Of a stretch of DNA of 64,000 nucleotides, positions 63,474-64,000 are shown one piece after another. The stretch lies in the IMG/VR virus record IMGVR_UViG_3300021364_000005; one strand, written 5' to 3'. The translations under genes and the position numbers were made by a program. Each line of letters opens with the position of its first letter. Position 1 is the stretch's first letter. Under the pieces are notes generated by a model, which was not told where the DNA came from, searched no databases, and saw nothing but the letters and a program-made list of their open reading frames with translations. The DNA is from a virus. Lineage: Duplodnaviria > Caudoviricetes.

Positions 63474-64000
63474 ATGGGAGCTAAAAGAAAGGCCGCAAGG
63501 CAGCACAATAAATATGACAATGTTGTCAATATTAACACTTTCCAAAAAAAACAAACCGTAACAATACTTCCACGTAACAGAAATCAAGAACAATATGTAC
63601 TAAAACTGCTCGATACTGACAAAGATATAGTCTTTGGAATCGGACCAGCTGGTACAGGTAAAACTTTGTTAGCAGTGCAAGTAGCTGTAAAACTTTTCAA
63701 ACAAGGCACAATCGATAAGATTATTGTCACTAGACCAGCAGTGTCCGTTGATGAAGATCTAGGGTTTCTACCAGGAACACTAGAACAAAAAATGGCACCA
63801 TGGACTAGACCTATTTTTGATGTGTTAAGAGAATATTTTAACGCTAGAGAAATAGAAGGCATGATAGAAGAGGGCATTATCGAAATTGCTCCTCTTGCTT
63901 ATATGAGAGGCCGTACATTCAAGCATAGCTTTATTTTAGCAGACGAAATGCAGAATGCTACACCTAATCAAATGAAAATGTTATTGACCAGACTTGGCGA
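63474..64000 (+). CDS. phoH: PhoH-family ATPase (3'-truncated by the window edge; absent from the ORF track)
   Basis: Manual translation MGAKRKAAR...GPAGTGKT...TRPAV...LGFLPG...YMRGRTF...DEMQN; AAGGAGG SD. Confidence 0.93.
   Translation, partial: MGAKRKAARQHNKYDNVVNINTFQKKQTVTILPRNRNQEQYVLKLLDTDKDIVFGIGPAGTGKTLLAVQVAVKLFKQGTIDKIIVTRPAVSVDEDLGFLPGTLEQKMAPWTRPIFDVLREYFNAREIEGMIEEGIIEIAPLAYMRGRTFKHSFILADEMQNATPNQMKMLLTRLG

Noticed and set aside
63584-63877. Minus-strand 97 aa ORF
   Set aside because: It is the antisense shadow of phoH, which the track missed because it has no stop inside the window.
1-64000. Stop-codon reassignment (TAG or TGA read-through), as in some large phages
   Set aside because: Genes tile the window almost without gaps under code 11, and TAA, TAG and TGA are all used as coupled terminators.
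1-64000. tRNA genes, CRISPR arrays, IS elements, DGR template repeats
   Set aside because: Apart from the gap explained by the frameshift extension, intergenic gaps are short and explained by promoters or terminators. I saw no cloverleaf, spaced repeat array, transposase or reverse transcriptase by eye.

Overview
An AT-rich, densely tiled 64 kb segment of a large T4-like (myovirus-type) dsDNA bacteriophage using the standard genetic code. I found no tRNA, rRNA, CRISPR array, intein or transposase. From left to right: (1) 1-21.8 kb is an accessory island, open at the left edge, with seven radical SAM enzymes, three 2OG-Fe(II) oxygenases, four PP-loop ATP pyrophosphatases, two tandem delta-9-type desaturases, an SDR, a nitroreductase, a methyltransferase, a GNAT and a nitronate monooxygenase-like flavoprotein, mostly behind T4-late-like promoters; it ends at a tail-fibre gene. 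(2) 23-30 kb holds conserved hypotheticals, a MoxR AAA ATPase/VWA pair, RNase H and an MBD4-like glycosylase. (3) 31-45 kb holds a 7-deazaguanine DNA-modification cluster (QueE, FolE, QueD-like, DpdA/TGT-like, with no QueC but with a glycosyltransferase and a PRTase), a sliding clamp, sugar-nucleotide enzymes, FNR, MazG-like and a family B DNA polymerase. (4) 47-55 kb holds putative head-internal proteins with capsid-targeting-like N-termini, including a candidate programmed -1 frameshift, then structural proteins. (5) 56-64 kb holds ClpA, DnaJ, a lysis cassette and a truncated phoH. Two promoter classes are directly readable: sigma70 (TTGACA-16/17-TATAAT-like) and late (A/G/C)TAAATA. Many late promoters sit 4-6 nt from the start codon, implying leaderless mRNAs. 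All product calls rest on motif recognition only; no database search was run.
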